Shown: positions 50,411 to 59,718, numbered from the stretch's first letter. The stretch is 61,649 bases of DNA from an uncultured Alphaproteobacteria bacterium (GCA_944390225.1 CALXPB010000002.1:1-61649); one strand, 5' to 3'. The notes: generated by a model not told the origin, from the letters alone. Translations and numbers: made by a program.

Positions 50411-50608
50411 TTATTTTGTTCCGACGTTTAATGTTTCTATTTTTAATTCCGCTTCTTTTAGCAATTGTTCACAGTAAGCCTTTAATTTTACCCCCTGTTC
50501 ATAAGCAGAAACAGACTCTGCCAAAGACAGTTCACCTGCCTCCATTTTTTTTACTAATTCTGTCAGTTGATTATAGGCCTCTTCAAAAGATAATTTTTTT
50601 TCGTCCAT
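50411..50608 (-). CDS. xseB: Exodeoxyribonuclease VII small subunit
   Basis: SFEEA...L..LV..ME.G.L.L.ES...YE.G..L...C...L..AE.KI. Confidence 0.92.
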   Translation of the reverse strand: MDEKKLSFEEAYNQLTELVKKMEAGELSLAESVSAYEQGVKLKAYCEQLLKEAELKIETLNVGTK

Positions 50609-50672
50609 TTATGCCTCTTTTATATACTGGGAAAGATACACAATAAAAAAATAAAACGCAAACAAAATAAAC

Positions 50673-50698
50673 AAAAAACCTGCATAATGCAGGTTTTT
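50673..50698 (-). terminator. infC terminator
   Basis: AAAAACCTGCA-TAA-TGCAGGTTTTT. Confidence 0.7.
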
Positions 50699-51245
50699 AT
50701 TTAGCAGGGGAAATTAATATAGATTTTGTTCTTTCATCTGGTTTTGATTTAGATTCCAGAACGCCCTTTTCCCCTATTAAATCCAGAATTCTGGCGAATA
50801 AATCTGGCACAGCATCTTTACCACGCGCCAAAACAGCCTTTGAACCACGTGTCATAACAGATATTTTTACCTTATTACCTTCACCTAGAAATTCAAAAAC
50901 TTTTCTAAGTTTTATATTCAAATCATTATCTTCTATAAAAGGTTTTACCCAAACTTCTTTTACTTCAATAGTTTTTTGGTTTTTTTTCGCCTCGCTGGCG
51001 CGTTTTTTTTGTTCGTACTTGAACTTACCATAATCCATTATCTTCACAATGGTTACAGCGTCATTCGCGTTTAATTCAACCAGGTCAAGCCCTTCATCCA
51101 AAGCCATCTGTAACGCCTGTGATGTAGGCATAATACCAAGATTTTGACCATCTGCACTTATTACTTGCACCGTTTTTGCAAATATTCTGTTGTTTATACG
51201 CGGACCCATGTCACGACGATTATCACGGTTGTTATTTGTTTTAAT
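50697..51245 (-). CDS. infC: Translation initiation factor IF-3 (AUU start)
   Basis: PRINNRI, GLDLVEL, KIMDYGKFKYE, KEV. AAGGAG SD is followed 6 nt later by an in-frame ATT at 51245, 12 codons upstream of the annotated ATG. Confidence 0.93.
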   Translation of the reverse strand: MKTNNNRDNRRDMGPRINNRIFAKTVQVISADGQNLGIMPTSQALQMALDEGLDLVELNANDAVTIVKIMDYGKFKYEQKKRASEAKKNQKTIEVKEVWVKPFIEDNDLNIKLRKVFEFLGEGNKVKISVMTRGSKAVLARGKDAVPDLFARILDLIGEKGVLESKSKPDERTKSILISPAK

Positions 51246-51283
51246 TGTATACTCCTTTTATAAGTTCATGCGGGAATTATTGA

Positions 51284-52063
51284 CTATTCATTTGAATTTT
51301 TCAACAAATTTTGCACAGTCTGTAATGCATTCCATGCTTCTCGTTTTGCATTCGGTTTTAACAGCAGATAATTAGGATGAAAAATCGGGACACAGACTGC
51401 TCCTGACTCCATTGTTATCACGTTCCCATGGTTACGAGGTAAATTTGCGCCCGCAATTTCGCTTGCCGCCAAAGTACCCAACGTCAAAATCACATGTGGT
51501 GACAACAATTCCAACGCCCGATTAACAAAGGGTCGCGCCAGATCCAATTCCGCTCTTGAAGGTGTTCTACCGCCTGGTGTACGCCAAAATACTAATGGTA
51601 TAATAGAAACATTCTCTCGCGTCATATTTATCGCCAGCAGCATTTTATCTAATAAATCTCCGACAGAACCAGACAAAATAACCCCGCAAGCATCGTCATC
51701 ACCGCTTGGTACATCGGTTATTATAACCAAACCGTTCGGTTTATCTGCAATACTCGGCAAAACAACATTCGTTACCCCAGAACGTAAAGGATGATTAAAT
51801 TCACCTATCATTCTCGTAAGAGATAAAATATCATTCGGACGCATAGCCATTGCAGTGGCAGTTTCGACAGATATCGCCGCAGTAGGTGCCACTGGTGGGA
51901 CAATAAATGTCTGTGTTCTTGATGAATTTTGCCCCGAAAAAATTGTATTGCCTGCACCAGACGATGCCTTATTTAAATCAGATAACATCATTGGTATATC
52001 ATTTAATTCCCAATTTACACCCGATGAATATAAATATTCTAAATCACAGTTCTGCACTTTCAT
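51284..52063 (-). CDS. Uracil-DNA glycosylase family 4-like protein (degenerate)
   Basis: G.LLDKML.AI, WRTPGGRTP..E, ILTLG, PIFHPNYLL..P..KR.AW match the alphaproteobacterial family-4 UDG scaffold. Confidence 0.75.
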   Translation of the reverse strand: MKVQNCDLEYLYSSGVNWELNDIPMMLSDLNKASSGAGNTIFSGQNSSRTQTFIVPPVAPTAAISVETATAMAMRPNDILSLTRMIGEFNHPLRSGVTNVVLPSIADKPNGLVIITDVPSGDDDACGVILSGSVGDLLDKMLLAINMTRENVSIIPLVFWRTPGGRTPSRAELDLARPFVNRALELLSPHVILTLGTLAASEIAGANLPRNHGNVITMESGAVCVPIFHPNYLLLKPNAKREAWNALQTVQNLLKNSNE

Positions 52064-52134
52064 TTTCCCTTGCTTTTAAAAATCTTTTAATATAGACTAA
52101 AACACGAGTAACAAAAACTCAAGGGAGTATTTTC

Positions 52135-52551
52135 ATGAAAATAAAAAACTTTGCTATATTAGCTGGTGTTGCTGGCATGTTGGCCGCATGTGGCGGTTCC
52201 AGCATTGTTGAACCAACAGACTTAAACGATCAGCGCGTATTCTTCGCGTTCAATTCTTCTGAAATATCCGAAGAAGCACGTGATAACTTACTGGGACAAT
52301 CTTTGTATATGAAGAATCACCCAGAAACAAAAATCCAAATTGCAGGAAACTGCGACGAACGTGGTTCCACAGAATATAACTTGGCACTTGGTGCGCGTCG
52401 TGCAAACGCTGCAAAAGATGTCATGGTAAAAGATGGTATCGATTCTAAACGCATTTCCACAATTTCTTACGGTAAAGAACGTCCATTAGTCCAAGGTACA
52501 GGTGAAGAAGTCTGGAAATGGAATCGTAATGCAACAACAACTGTTAAATAA
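52135..52551 (+). CDS. pal: Peptidoglycan-associated lipoprotein
   Basis: LAA|C lipobox; GNCDERGSTEYNLALGARRA; ISYGKERP. Confidence 0.92.
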   Translation: MKIKNFAILAGVAGMLAACGGSSIVEPTDLNDQRVFFAFNSSEISEEARDNLLGQSLYMKNHPETKIQIAGNCDERGSTEYNLALGARRANAAKDVMVKDGIDSKRISTISYGKERPLVQGTGEEVWKWNRNATTTVK

Positions 52552-52570
52552 TAGTTGATTATAAAAACAT

Positions 52571-52600
52571 AAAAAATGCCGGTAAAAACCGGTATTTTTT
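52571..52600 (+). terminator. pal terminator
   Basis: ATGCCGGT-AAAA-ACCGGTAT plus T-run. Confidence 0.7.
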
Positions 52601-52624
52601 ATTAGATAAATAAACAAACACTCC

Positions 52625-52656
52625 AAAAAAAGACCGGAAAAAACCGGCTTTTTTTT
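52625..52656 (-). terminator. parB terminator
   Basis: A-run, CCGG-AAAAAA-CCGG hairpin and T-run at the parB stop. Confidence 0.55.
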
Positions 52657-53530
52657 ATTTTGTTAGCCTGTCTATTAATTCTTGCATTTGAATTCTGGTT
52701 GAAAAAGACAAAATTATACTACCTGCCCCGCCCTTTTTCTCCTGCAATCTGACTTGTACCCCCAAAGCGTTTTTTATGCGGATTTCTATATCGCGAACTG
52801 TTTTAGCATCCATCGACCTAGAAACATAAGTGCGGCTTTTTATAGAACGAACAGAGTTTTTTACTATTTTTTCTGTTTCTGCAACAGACATATTTTTTTT
52901 CACGATTTCCTGTGCCAGAGCAACTGGATTTTCGGCAACAAGTATCGTTCTTGCATGAGAAGGCGATAATATGCCCTGCTCTACCATATTTTTAACTTCA
53001 TCAGGTAAATTTATTAAACGAATTGCGTTTTTTATATAACTTTCTGATTTTCCGATTAACCTTGAAACATCTGATAAATCATAACCGCATTTATCCATAA
53101 GATTTTCATACGCGTCGGCCTCTTCTATCGGATTCAAGTTTTCACGTTGTACATTTTCTATCAACGCTATTTCCATTGCGTTTTCATCATTAATCGTTTT
53201 TACCAAAGCAGGAATTTCCGTCAACCCAGCCATTTTACTGGCTCTAAAACGTCTTTCACCTGCAACAATTTCGTACATATAAGGTTTACCTGCAACCGCA
53301 CGTAATAATATCGGTTGCAAAACCCCTTTTTCTTTTATAGAAGCAGAAAGTTCCTCTAACTCTTTTTCAGAAAAAATTTTTCGTGGCTGATCAGGATTTG
53401 CCCCTATTTGTACTAACGGTATCTGCTTTACAACAACACGTTCACCACCTGTTAAAATAGAAATATCAGGTATACTTCCCATTTCTTCTTTTAAATCTGC
53501 CAACCCACGTCCAAGACCAAATTTTGACAT
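52655..53530 (-). CDS. parB: Chromosome partitioning protein ParB
   Basis: GLGRGL, NPDQPRK, GVLQPI, AGERRFRA, ENVQRENLNPIEEA, HTH. Confidence 0.95.
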   Translation of the reverse strand: MSKFGLGRGLADLKEEMGSIPDISILTGGERVVVKQIPLVQIGANPDQPRKIFSEKELEELSASIKEKGVLQPILLRAVAGKPYMYEIVAGERRFRASKMAGLTEIPALVKTINDENAMEIALIENVQRENLNPIEEADAYENLMDKCGYDLSDVSRLIGKSESYIKNAIRLINLPDEVKNMVEQGILSPSHARTILVAENPVALAQEIVKKNMSVAETEKIVKNSVRSIKSRTYVSRSMDAKTVRDIEIRIKNALGVQVRLQEKKGGAGSIILSFSTRIQMQELIDRLTK

Positions 53531-54306
53531 TACAAAACCTCTTTTTCTAATTTCTGAACAACTTCTGTTGCGACCCGCAAATAAGCCTGAGCCCCAGCAG
53601 AATTAAAATCATAAAACAGTGCTGGTTTACCGTGACTTGGTGCCTCTGACACACGAACATTACGAGGAATTACAGTTTTAAAAACTTTATCACCGAAGGT
53701 ATTTCTGACATCTTCCTCGACCGCGCGCGTTAAAGCATAACGTTTGTCATACATAGTTAACAGCACCCCAAGTATATCTAAGTTTGGGTTCCACTTATTC
53801 TTTATTTCTTTTATAGAATTTATTAAATGATTTATTCCTTCAAGCGCATAAAACTCGCACTGCAAAGGAATTATCACAAAGTTCGCCGTTGTCAGAGCGT
53901 TCAAAGTTAAAAAACCAAGGGCAGGTGGGCAATCTAATAAAACATAATCATAGTGTTCTAAAATGGGCTTTAATGCGTCACGTAAACGATACTCTCTATT
54001 ATCAATATCTAACAGATCGACCTCGGCACCGGCCAGTGCCATTGTTGAAGGCATAATATGCATTCCTTGCACCGCAGTTGATAAAATATTATCGGCAGCA
54101 TTCGCCGTTCCCATAATAACCCCATAAACACTTTGCCTATGGGAAGCACGAACAAAACCCAAACCAGTTCCGGCATTTCCTTGCGAATCTAAATCTATTA
54201 ACAAAACCTTTTTTTTTATCGCCGCTAATGAAGCACCTATATTTATAGCAGTCGTTGTTTTACCAACACCGCCTTTTTGATTCGCAAAAGCAATTATTTT
54301 CGTCAT
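53530..54306 (-). CDS. parA: Chromosome partitioning ATPase ParA/Soj
   Basis: ANQKGGVGKTTT, DLDSQGN, DCPP, PLQCEFYALEG, IPRNVRVSEAPSHG. Confidence 0.97.
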   Translation of the reverse strand: MTKIIAFANQKGGVGKTTTAINIGASLAAIKKKVLLIDLDSQGNAGTGLGFVRASHRQSVYGVIMGTANAADNILSTAVQGMHIMPSTMALAGAEVDLLDIDNREYRLRDALKPILEHYDYVLLDCPPALGFLTLNALTTANFVIIPLQCEFYALEGINHLINSIKEIKNKWNPNLDILGVLLTMYDKRYALTRAVEEDVRNTFGDKVFKTVIPRNVRVSEAPSHGKPALFYDFNSAGAQAYLRVATEVVQKLEKEVL

Positions 54307-54418
54307 TATTTTTCCTGATATTTAAAATTTAACATTCTTAGGTTACAACAAACAACACAATACCGTCAAGAACGATTTTTTAATTATAAAAACGCAGTAA
54401 AAACAATAAAATAAAACA

Positions 54419-54434
54419 TGTTTCACATGAAACA
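54419..54434. promoter_or_regulatory. parS: parS-like site 1
   Basis: TGTTTCACATGAAACA: 15/16 match to consensus TGTTTCACGTGAAACA, in the rsmG-parA intergenic region. Confidence 0.8.
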
Positions 54435-54542
54435 ACTTTTTATACCGTCTAAAAAAACCGAATCTTTTTTAAAGCGAAAGAACTTGTTTTTTTACAAAAA
54501 AGCACAAAAAACTTTTTGCACTAAAAACAATATGTTATTTAT

Positions 54543-54558
54543 TGTTTCATATGAAACT
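54543..54558. promoter_or_regulatory. parS: parS-like site 2
   Basis: TGTTTCATATGAAACT: 13/16 match with a perfect 14-bp palindromic core GTTTCATATGAAAC. Confidence 0.6.
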
Positions 54559-55117
54559 ACCGGCATTTTTTTACTATAATTATAAAACCGTCTCCGGTTT
54601 TTGACGGTATTAAATTGTAATCAAATTTATATTTTTGTTTTGCAACAGAAATTTCTGTTAAAACATCCCGGCCTTTTAATAAAAAAAGCCGGCATTTTGT
54701 CTTGGCGGTATAATCTAGTATTTTTACCAATGGCGCAAAAGCCCGTGCAGTAAAAACTATATTATTTTTTTCGCGGGGCAGGGCAGAAATTAAACTTTCC
54801 GCGCGACCATGGAATACGGTTAAATTAGATAAATCAAGCCTGCTTTTTACTTCCTTTAAAAAATTTGCTTTTTTGCCAACAGACTCAACACAAGTAACTC
54901 GCCACCCTAGTATAGCAAGCACAACGCCGGGGAAGCCGGCACCACTGCCCAAATCAATAATATCTACATCGTCAGGCAACACATCCGCTAATTGCGCAGA
55001 ATCTTCAAAATGTCGCTTTTTTACATCACCCAGAGTACTTGGCGCAACTAAATTCATACGCTCGGACCATTCACGTAATAATTTTTCATATAAATTAAAT
55101 TTTTCTTTATTATTCAT
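54557..55117 (-). CDS. rsmG: 16S rRNA m7G527 methyltransferase RsmG/GidB
   Basis: W...MNLV, RHFEDSAQL, DLGSGAGFPG, ESVGKK, TARAFA; adjacent to parA. Confidence 0.93.
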   Translation of the reverse strand: MNNKEKFNLYEKLLREWSERMNLVAPSTLGDVKKRHFEDSAQLADVLPDDVDIIDLGSGAGFPGVVLAILGWRVTCVESVGKKANFLKEVKSRLDLSNLTVFHGRAESLISALPREKNNIVFTARAFAPLVKILDYTAKTKCRLFLLKGRDVLTEISVAKQKYKFDYNLIPSKTGDGFIIIVKKCR

Positions 55118-55143
55118 AAAGATTATTGTAGCATAACTTTCAC

Positions 55144-56757
55144 ATGAGAAAAATAGAAACTTTATTTGTCGGTATTGCTCTGATTGCCATTGTTGTTGTA
55201 ATGGGAGGTGCGTTTTGGTACCACAATTATTCTGACAATACCCAGAAAATTGAATATCCAGAAACAGAATATGGTACATTTCTAGCCGCACAACATGCCA
55301 TATATGTAAATGATTTTGATACAGCCGCTAAATTATCCGCAAAACTGAAAGATGTAGATTACCCGATTGTACAATCTACGAAAGTTTTATCCGATTTCCT
55401 AAGCGGTAATTTGCCAGAAAACGCCGATCTTTTAAAAGACGAAAAGGCTACTGCATCAAGATTAATTTATGATGCATATCTTGTAAAGCAAGAAAATTGG
55501 GACGAATTATACAAACGGCATAAAAAAGACGAATCTGCACTGGCTTCGCCTTTACGAATATGGGCATCGGTTGCAACAGACCATAAAAAAGACGCGCTAA
55601 AATTTATAGATAAATTATCAACGAATGAATCGTGGAAAGACTTTATTCGCGGACAAATATACGCCGAAACCGGTGAAATAGAAAAAGCCGCAGAATCGTT
55701 TGCCAAAGTTCGCACGGACTTTATGAATATAAACGATTATTTATATATAATGTCTTTTTACAATCATAATGAAATTGTTGATGCTGCAGAAAAATTAAAA
55801 CAAGACTTTACCGCAAAACCTGGTGGTATGTTTATGTTAGATTTTGAAAATATACCAGATTGGTCTTTGTATTCTGGATATCAAAACGCTTTAGCATTCA
55901 GCCTGATTCAAACGGTATCTCATACACAAATTATGATGTATTCAGATCTTGCCATTCTTTTATTGCGTTTTGCTCAAATAACAGGACCGGGAATAAATGA
56001 AAACAACGATGCAATAAATTATTATCTGGGACAATTTTTCTTTAATAATCACGGCGATTATAAAAAACATTTTGAAAAAATTGACAGTAATAGCCCTTTT
56101 TACCTATTTTCTATATTACGCATGGCGGAAAAAAGCGGTAATATGAAAACGTTAGAGCGGGCGATAAAAAATAATCCTTTATTTGTTCCTGCTGTGAATG
56201 AATTAATTGCATATAATATCAAGCAAGGTAATCGTCGTGCGGCTTTACGCGTTGTAAATAGAGCATTAAATGATGAGAAATTAACAGAACTAGGTCATGC
56301 GTTCTTTTTGAAGAGCAGGGCACATATTTATTTTACATTTGGTAATTTAGACGCTGCACAGACCGACTTGCATGACGCATCGGCATTTTTACCTCTGGAC
56401 GCAGAAATACTTTCTTTACAGGCAAAAATATGGGTGGCACAAAATAGAGAAATAGAAAACGCATATGATTATGCCATGATGTTAGTAAAACAGGATCCTA
56501 CTGATATAATGGCATGGGACACTTTGGGGTACGTCGTTGCAAAAAGGGAAGGTGTGGAAGCAGCATTAGACGTTCTTTCTAGGGTAGGAGAGGTTTCTGT
56601 AACTTGTTCTTCTTTATTTGAGCACTTGGGTGATTTATATATACAAATTAACGAAAAACAACTGGCAAAAGAAGCATATCTGCGCGCGATTGAACTATCT
56701 GATGACGGATTAACTATTGTACCCGTATTAGAAAAGAAATTAAGGAAAATAAAATGA
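55144..56757 (+). CDS. Membrane-anchored TPR protein
   Basis: N-terminal TM, YGTFLAAQHA motif, C-terminal DTLGY...EHLGDLY TPRs typical of a conserved alphaproteobacterial envelope TPR protein. Confidence 0.75.
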   Translation: MRKIETLFVGIALIAIVVVMGGAFWYHNYSDNTQKIEYPETEYGTFLAAQHAIYVNDFDTAAKLSAKLKDVDYPIVQSTKVLSDFLSGNLPENADLLKDEKATASRLIYDAYLVKQENWDELYKRHKKDESALASPLRIWASVATDHKKDALKFIDKLSTNESWKDFIRGQIYAETGEIEKAAESFAKVRTDFMNINDYLYIMSFYNHNEIVDAAEKLKQDFTAKPGGMFMLDFENIPDWSLYSGYQNALAFSLIQTVSHTQIMMYSDLAILLLRFAQITGPGINENNDAINYYLGQFFFNNHGDYKKHFEKIDSNSPFYLFSILRMAEKSGNMKTLERAIKNNPLFVPAVNELIAYNIKQGNRRAALRVVNRALNDEKLTELGHAFFLKSRAHIYFTFGNLDAAQTDLHDASAFLPLDAEILSLQAKIWVAQNREIENAYDYAMMLVKQDPTDIMAWDTLGYVVAKREGVEAALDVLSRVGEVSVTCSSLFEHLGDLYIQINEKQLAKEAYLRAIELSDDGLTIVPVLEKKLRKIK

Positions 56758-57620
56758 TGAATGTTGGTATTATAGGCGCAGGCGCGTGGGGGACGGCTTT
56801 ATCAATTATTACAGCTCGCGGTGGTTCTAATGTAATTTTATGGTCATACGACGGTCAGAAAACAGATTTTGAAGGTGTTCAAGTACCAGAAAACATAAAG
56901 ATGACTTCCTCTATGGATTTTCTAAGCGATTGTGATGCTTGGTTAATAGTAACACCTGCCGCTTTTTTCAGAGAAACTTCTAGAAAAGCAAGAATATTTT
57001 ATAAAAATCAACCTATTATAATTTGCACAAAAGGCGCAGAATATTCTACGGGGGACTTCGTTTCCGAGATATTACAAGCGGAGATACCGGAAGTCTCTGA
57101 TTTTGGTGTACTATCTGGTCCACAATTTGCCGCAGAAGTTGCTCGTGGGATTCCGACGGGCTCTACATTAGCGGGTACGCAAAAAGTATTAGATGCGGGC
57201 AGGGTGATTTTTAATCAGTTATATTTAAGCGAAACAGATGATATTATCGGCTCAGAAATATGCGGTGTTGGTAAAAACGCTGTTGCACTGATATGCGGAT
57301 ATAATGCTATAAAAGCGGACGGGGAAAACGAAAGAGCTTTGATATTCACGCGCGCTTGGAACGAGGTTATGAATATAGGAGTTGCAAGAGGCGCAAAAAT
57401 GAAAACTTTTCTTGATTTATGCGGAATAGGGGATTTGTTCTTATCTGCAACATCTGCCACCAGCAGAAATTTTGCTGGCGGAATGTCCATTGCGCGCGGG
57501 GAAAAACCGACCGGAACAGTTGAAGGAATTTTTGCGTTAAACGGTTTAATAAATCTGGCAGAAAAATTAGGGGTACAAATACCGATATTAAAAGAAATGC
57601 GCGAAAAACTACATATTTAA
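56754..57620 (+). CDS. gpsA: NAD(P)H-dependent glycerol-3-phosphate dehydrogenase
   Basis: IIGAGAWGTAL, CTKG, LSGPQFAAEV, GDL..SATSRN, TVEG. Confidence 0.93.
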   Translation: MMNVGIIGAGAWGTALSIITARGGSNVILWSYDGQKTDFEGVQVPENIKMTSSMDFLSDCDAWLIVTPAAFFRETSRKARIFYKNQPIIICTKGAEYSTGDFVSEILQAEIPEVSDFGVLSGPQFAAEVARGIPTGSTLAGTQKVLDAGRVIFNQLYLSETDDIIGSEICGVGKNAVALICGYNAIKADGENERALIFTRAWNEVMNIGVARGAKMKTFLDLCGIGDLFLSATSATSRNFAGGMSIARGEKPTGTVEGIFALNGLINLAEKLGVQIPILKEMREKLHI

Positions 57621-57622
57621 TT

Positions 57623-57649
57623 AAAAAACCGGTAAATACCGGTTTTTTT
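57623..57649. terminator. Bidirectional terminator
   Basis: AAAAAACCGGTA-AA-TACCGGTTTTTT between convergent genes. Confidence 0.75.
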
Positions 57650-58865
57650 ATTCGTATCTTAAACTATCAATCGGGTTCAGTTTTGCTGCTTTCATAGCCG
57701 GCATAACCCCCGAAGCAAGCCCCACAACAACTGCAACACTTACCGAAACCACGACAGGCCATATGCTAAACGGGACTTCATAGCCAAGCACAAACCTTCC
57801 AACACCTTGTGACAGACCAACCCCAATTAACAACCCAAACATAGACCCCATAAAAGAAATCAGTATAGACTCTGACAAAAACTGAGTTATTATATGACGT
57901 TCTCTGGCACCTATTGCCTTGCGGATGCCTATTTCATGGGTTCTTTCCGCAACAGATACCAACATCATATTCATAATTCCAATAGAGCCTACTAATAAAG
58001 ATACCGCAGCAATTGCGATCAATAACATAGTCATATAACCTGTTACAGTATCCATTGCTTCCATCATTTGTTTCATATCCATAATCTGAAAATCATCATC
58101 TTCATCATCGGATAAATTATGTCTATCACGTAATAGAGCAGTTATCTGTTCTATGACCAAGTTATTATCTGCGTCTGGATATAATTTTAATGAAATCATA
58201 TTAACAGAGTTAGGAAACCTACTTCCCTGCAACCGTTTTTTTAATGTTGTGATAGGTATTATAACCATATCATCTTGACTTCCCATGGCAGAATCTCCGC
58301 GTTCTTTCGTAACGCCGATTATGACAAAAGGCATATTCTGAACTCTGATTACTTCACCCACCGGGTTTTCCGGCATTTGTAATTCTTCCGCCGTCTGCGG
58401 TCCTATAACCGCATAAGTAGACCCGTTTCTTACGGCAGACTGATCAAAAAATGTACCATATTTCAATTCAAGATTCTGAACGCTTACATAATCAGGATAA
58501 ACGCCGACCATTGAAGAAGCCCAGTTTTGATTTCCATAAATAACTTGGGCAGCCGCATTCTGCACAGGACTTACCGCCATAACATCAGGTAGTTTTGCAA
58601 TAAATTCTGCATCATCTGTTGTCAGAGTCTGCCTATTTCCCGTTCTTACCCCAGCGCTTTGTGCTGCTCCGGCACGTATCATTATCGTATTAGTACCAAG
58701 TGAAGAAAACTGATCGTTAATTTGTTTTGATACAGTTTCTCCGACAGCAACCATTATAACAACCGCCATAACCCCAATAACGATACCTAATACCGTTAAG
58801 AAAGAGCGTATTTTATTACCGCTGATTGATAACCAAGACTCTTTTAAAATATCATTTAATGTCAT
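57648..58865 (-). CDS. MacB-like ABC permease
   Basis: RSFLTVLGIVIGV, large periplasmic domain, GIMNMMLVSVAERTHEIGIRKAIGA, PAMKAAKLNPIDSLRYE. Confidence 0.92.
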   Translation of the reverse strand: MTLNDILKESWLSISGNKIRSFLTVLGIVIGVMAVVIMVAVGETVSKQINDQFSSLGTNTIMIRAGAAQSAGVRTGNRQTLTTDDAEFIAKLPDVMAVSPVQNAAAQVIYGNQNWASSMVGVYPDYVSVQNLELKYGTFFDQSAVRNGSTYAVIGPQTAEELQMPENPVGEVIRVQNMPFVIIGVTKERGDSAMGSQDDMVIIPITTLKKRLQGSRFPNSVNMISLKLYPDADNNLVIEQITALLRDRHNLSDDEDDDFQIMDMKQMMEAMDTVTGYMTMLLIAIAAVSLLVGSIGIMNMMLVSVAERTHEIGIRKAIGARERHIITQFLSESILISFMGSMFGLLIGVGLSQGVGRFVLGYEVPFSIWPVVVSVSVAVVVGLASGVMPAMKAAKLNPIDSLRYE

Positions 58866-58886
58866 TTTTTTACCTACTTTTTATAT

Positions 58887-59624
58887 TTATTGTAATGCCC
58901 GTTCGTCTTTCGGGACCTTTCCATCATAATTTATTCTGCCGTCATAAATATGGATAAGACGATTTGAATACTGAGCAATTTCAAATTCATGCGTAATAAC
59001 AACAATCGTAATTCCCATTTCTTCATTCAATTCTTTGAAAAAACTTAGTATTTCATTCCCCATTTTACTGTCCAACGCCCCCGTAGGTTCATCTGCCAGT
59101 ATCAATTTAGGGTTTCCCGCCAGCGCACGAGCAATTGCAACACGTTGTTTCATACCACCCGATAATTGCGTCGGTAAATACGATTCAAAATTTTCTAGTC
59201 CTACACGTTTTAACATTTCGCGTGCCCTATGAATTCTTTCATCCATAGGCAAACCGCGATACATTAAAGGCAACATTACGTTATCCAATACGCTTCTTTT
59301 AGATAATAAATTAAACTGCTGAAATACGAACCCTATATATTCATTACGAACGACTGCCAGTTCATCAGAAGTTAAATGAGTTACATCTCTACCATACAAC
59401 TTATATGTACCGCTTGTGGGGGTATCCAAAGCCCCTATTATATTCATGCAAGTAGATTTACCACTGCCAGACGGTCCCATTATAGAAACGAATTCACCTT
59501 GATTAACATCAAAAGTTATATCAAATAAAACCTGCTGTTCTCCGCCCATTTCTACTGGGAAACTTTTGCAAATTTTATTCATAGAAATTATGTTTACTTG
59601 CTCTTTTTTCTTTTTCATCTGCAC
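58887..59624 (-). CDS. MacB/LolD-type ABC ATP-binding protein
   Basis: GPSGSGKST, IGFVFQQFNL, LSGG, LADEPTGALD, ITH. Confidence 0.93.
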   Translation of the reverse strand: MQMKKKKEQVNIISMNKICKSFPVEMGGEQQVLFDITFDVNQGEFVSIMGPSGSGKSTCMNIIGALDTPTSGTYKLYGRDVTHLTSDELAVVRNEYIGFVFQQFNLLSKRSVLDNVMLPLMYRGLPMDERIHRAREMLKRVGLENFESYLPTQLSGGMKQRVAIARALAGNPKLILADEPTGALDSKMGNEILSFFKELNEEMGITIVVITHEFEIAQYSNRLIHIYDGRINYDGKVPKDERALQ

Positions 59625-59679
59625 TCTCTCTTTACGACAAAATTATAGCATCTGATATATAAAAATTTTATAAAAAATT

Positions 59680-59710
59680 AAAAAAAGACCAGCAAAGAAC
59701 CGGTCTTTTT
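59680..59710 (-). terminator. Putative terminator after macA-like gene
   Basis: AAAAAGACC...GGTCTTTTT imperfect hairpin; a TG-extended TATAAT box follows for the ATPase gene. Confidence 0.5.
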
Positions 59711-59718
59711 ATACATTT

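Noticed and set aside
54307-54556. oriC in the AT-rich rsmG-parA spacer
   Set aside because: No cluster of TTATCCACA-like DnaA boxes; only parS-like sites are supported.
55135-55152. Third parS-like sequence (ACTTTCACATGAGAAA)
   Set aside because: Too many mismatches, and partly explained by the ATG start it overlaps.
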